Part shown: positions 63,897 through 64,000 of the stretch, one piece after another
How the letters are laid out: each line of letters opens with the position of its first letter
How positions within the stretch are numbered: the first letter of the stretch is position 1
DNA from: Abditibacterium sp.
Lineage (GTDB): Bacteria > Armatimonadota > Abditibacteriia > Abditibacteriales > Abditibacteriaceae
Length of the DNA stretch: 64,000 nucleotides
Direction: 5' to 3'
Assembly: GCA_965246885.1 (NCBI GenBank)
Contig: OZ251992.1
Coordinates: 1,408,001-1,472,000 of the forward strand
Position numbers and translations under genes: made by a program
Notes under the pieces: generated by a model
Told to the model about the DNA's origin: nothing
The model's database searches: none
What the model saw: only the letters and a program-made list of their open reading frames with translations

Positions 63897-64000
63897 ATGA
63901 GCCAGTTCGTCCTTTCGCCGTTTGACTTCCCCTTTTCGGGCCACAGCGCGCGCCCGCACGCCCAAGCCCGCCTGACGGTCGGCGGCAAGGCGCGCAACTT
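63897..64000 (+). CDS. Partial ORF running off the right edge
   Basis: ATG 63897 gives MSQFVLSPFDFPFSGHSARPHAQARLTVGGKARN..., open to the window end, 24 nt after the RsbW-like gene. Confidence 0.4.
   Translation, partial: MSQFVLSPFDFPFSGHSARPHAQARLTVGGKARN

Overview
GC-rich bacterial chromosomal window, mostly housekeeping and metabolic genes with no prophage, integrase, transposase or CRISPR-Cas. The gene mix (SigB/F-type sigma, STAS/RsbW pair, LCP, FemABX, Kdo hydroxylase, FHA protease) suggests a diderm Terrabacteria lineage such as Armatimonadota/Abditibacteriota; this is an inference, not verified. Recognisable genes: dtd, rbsK, kdoO-like, hslU, lacZ-type GH2, sufE/sufT, moaA, dnaG, cfa, rsmD, thrC-like, pabB-like, gltB, pgi, type I PMI, alr, rnd, comF, NlpC/P60 and one tRNA-Leu. 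Most unusual observations: (1) a SigB/F-type sigma factor fused to a degenerate GGDEF domain that keeps an RxxD site; (2) a head-to-tail double MoaD/ThiS (di-ubiquitin-like) protein with an internal GG and a capped terminal GG-V, in a thrC-like/NIL operon with a structured leader; (3) a tRNA-Leu(UAG) with a class II D-arm but only a 5-nt variable loop; (4) a CHASE2 adenylate cyclase plus FecR/proline-repeat/possible beta-barrel pair; (5) an unannotated 52-aa acidic peptide with duplicated TPGSAEG motifs; (6) a micro-paralog of a DivIVA-like N-terminus; (7) a DUF488 two-gene module; (8) several families of dispersed palindromic repeats, and a -10-like hexamer 6-8 nt before many start codons (likely leaderless genes). 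All calls come from motif recognition by eye; no searches were run.
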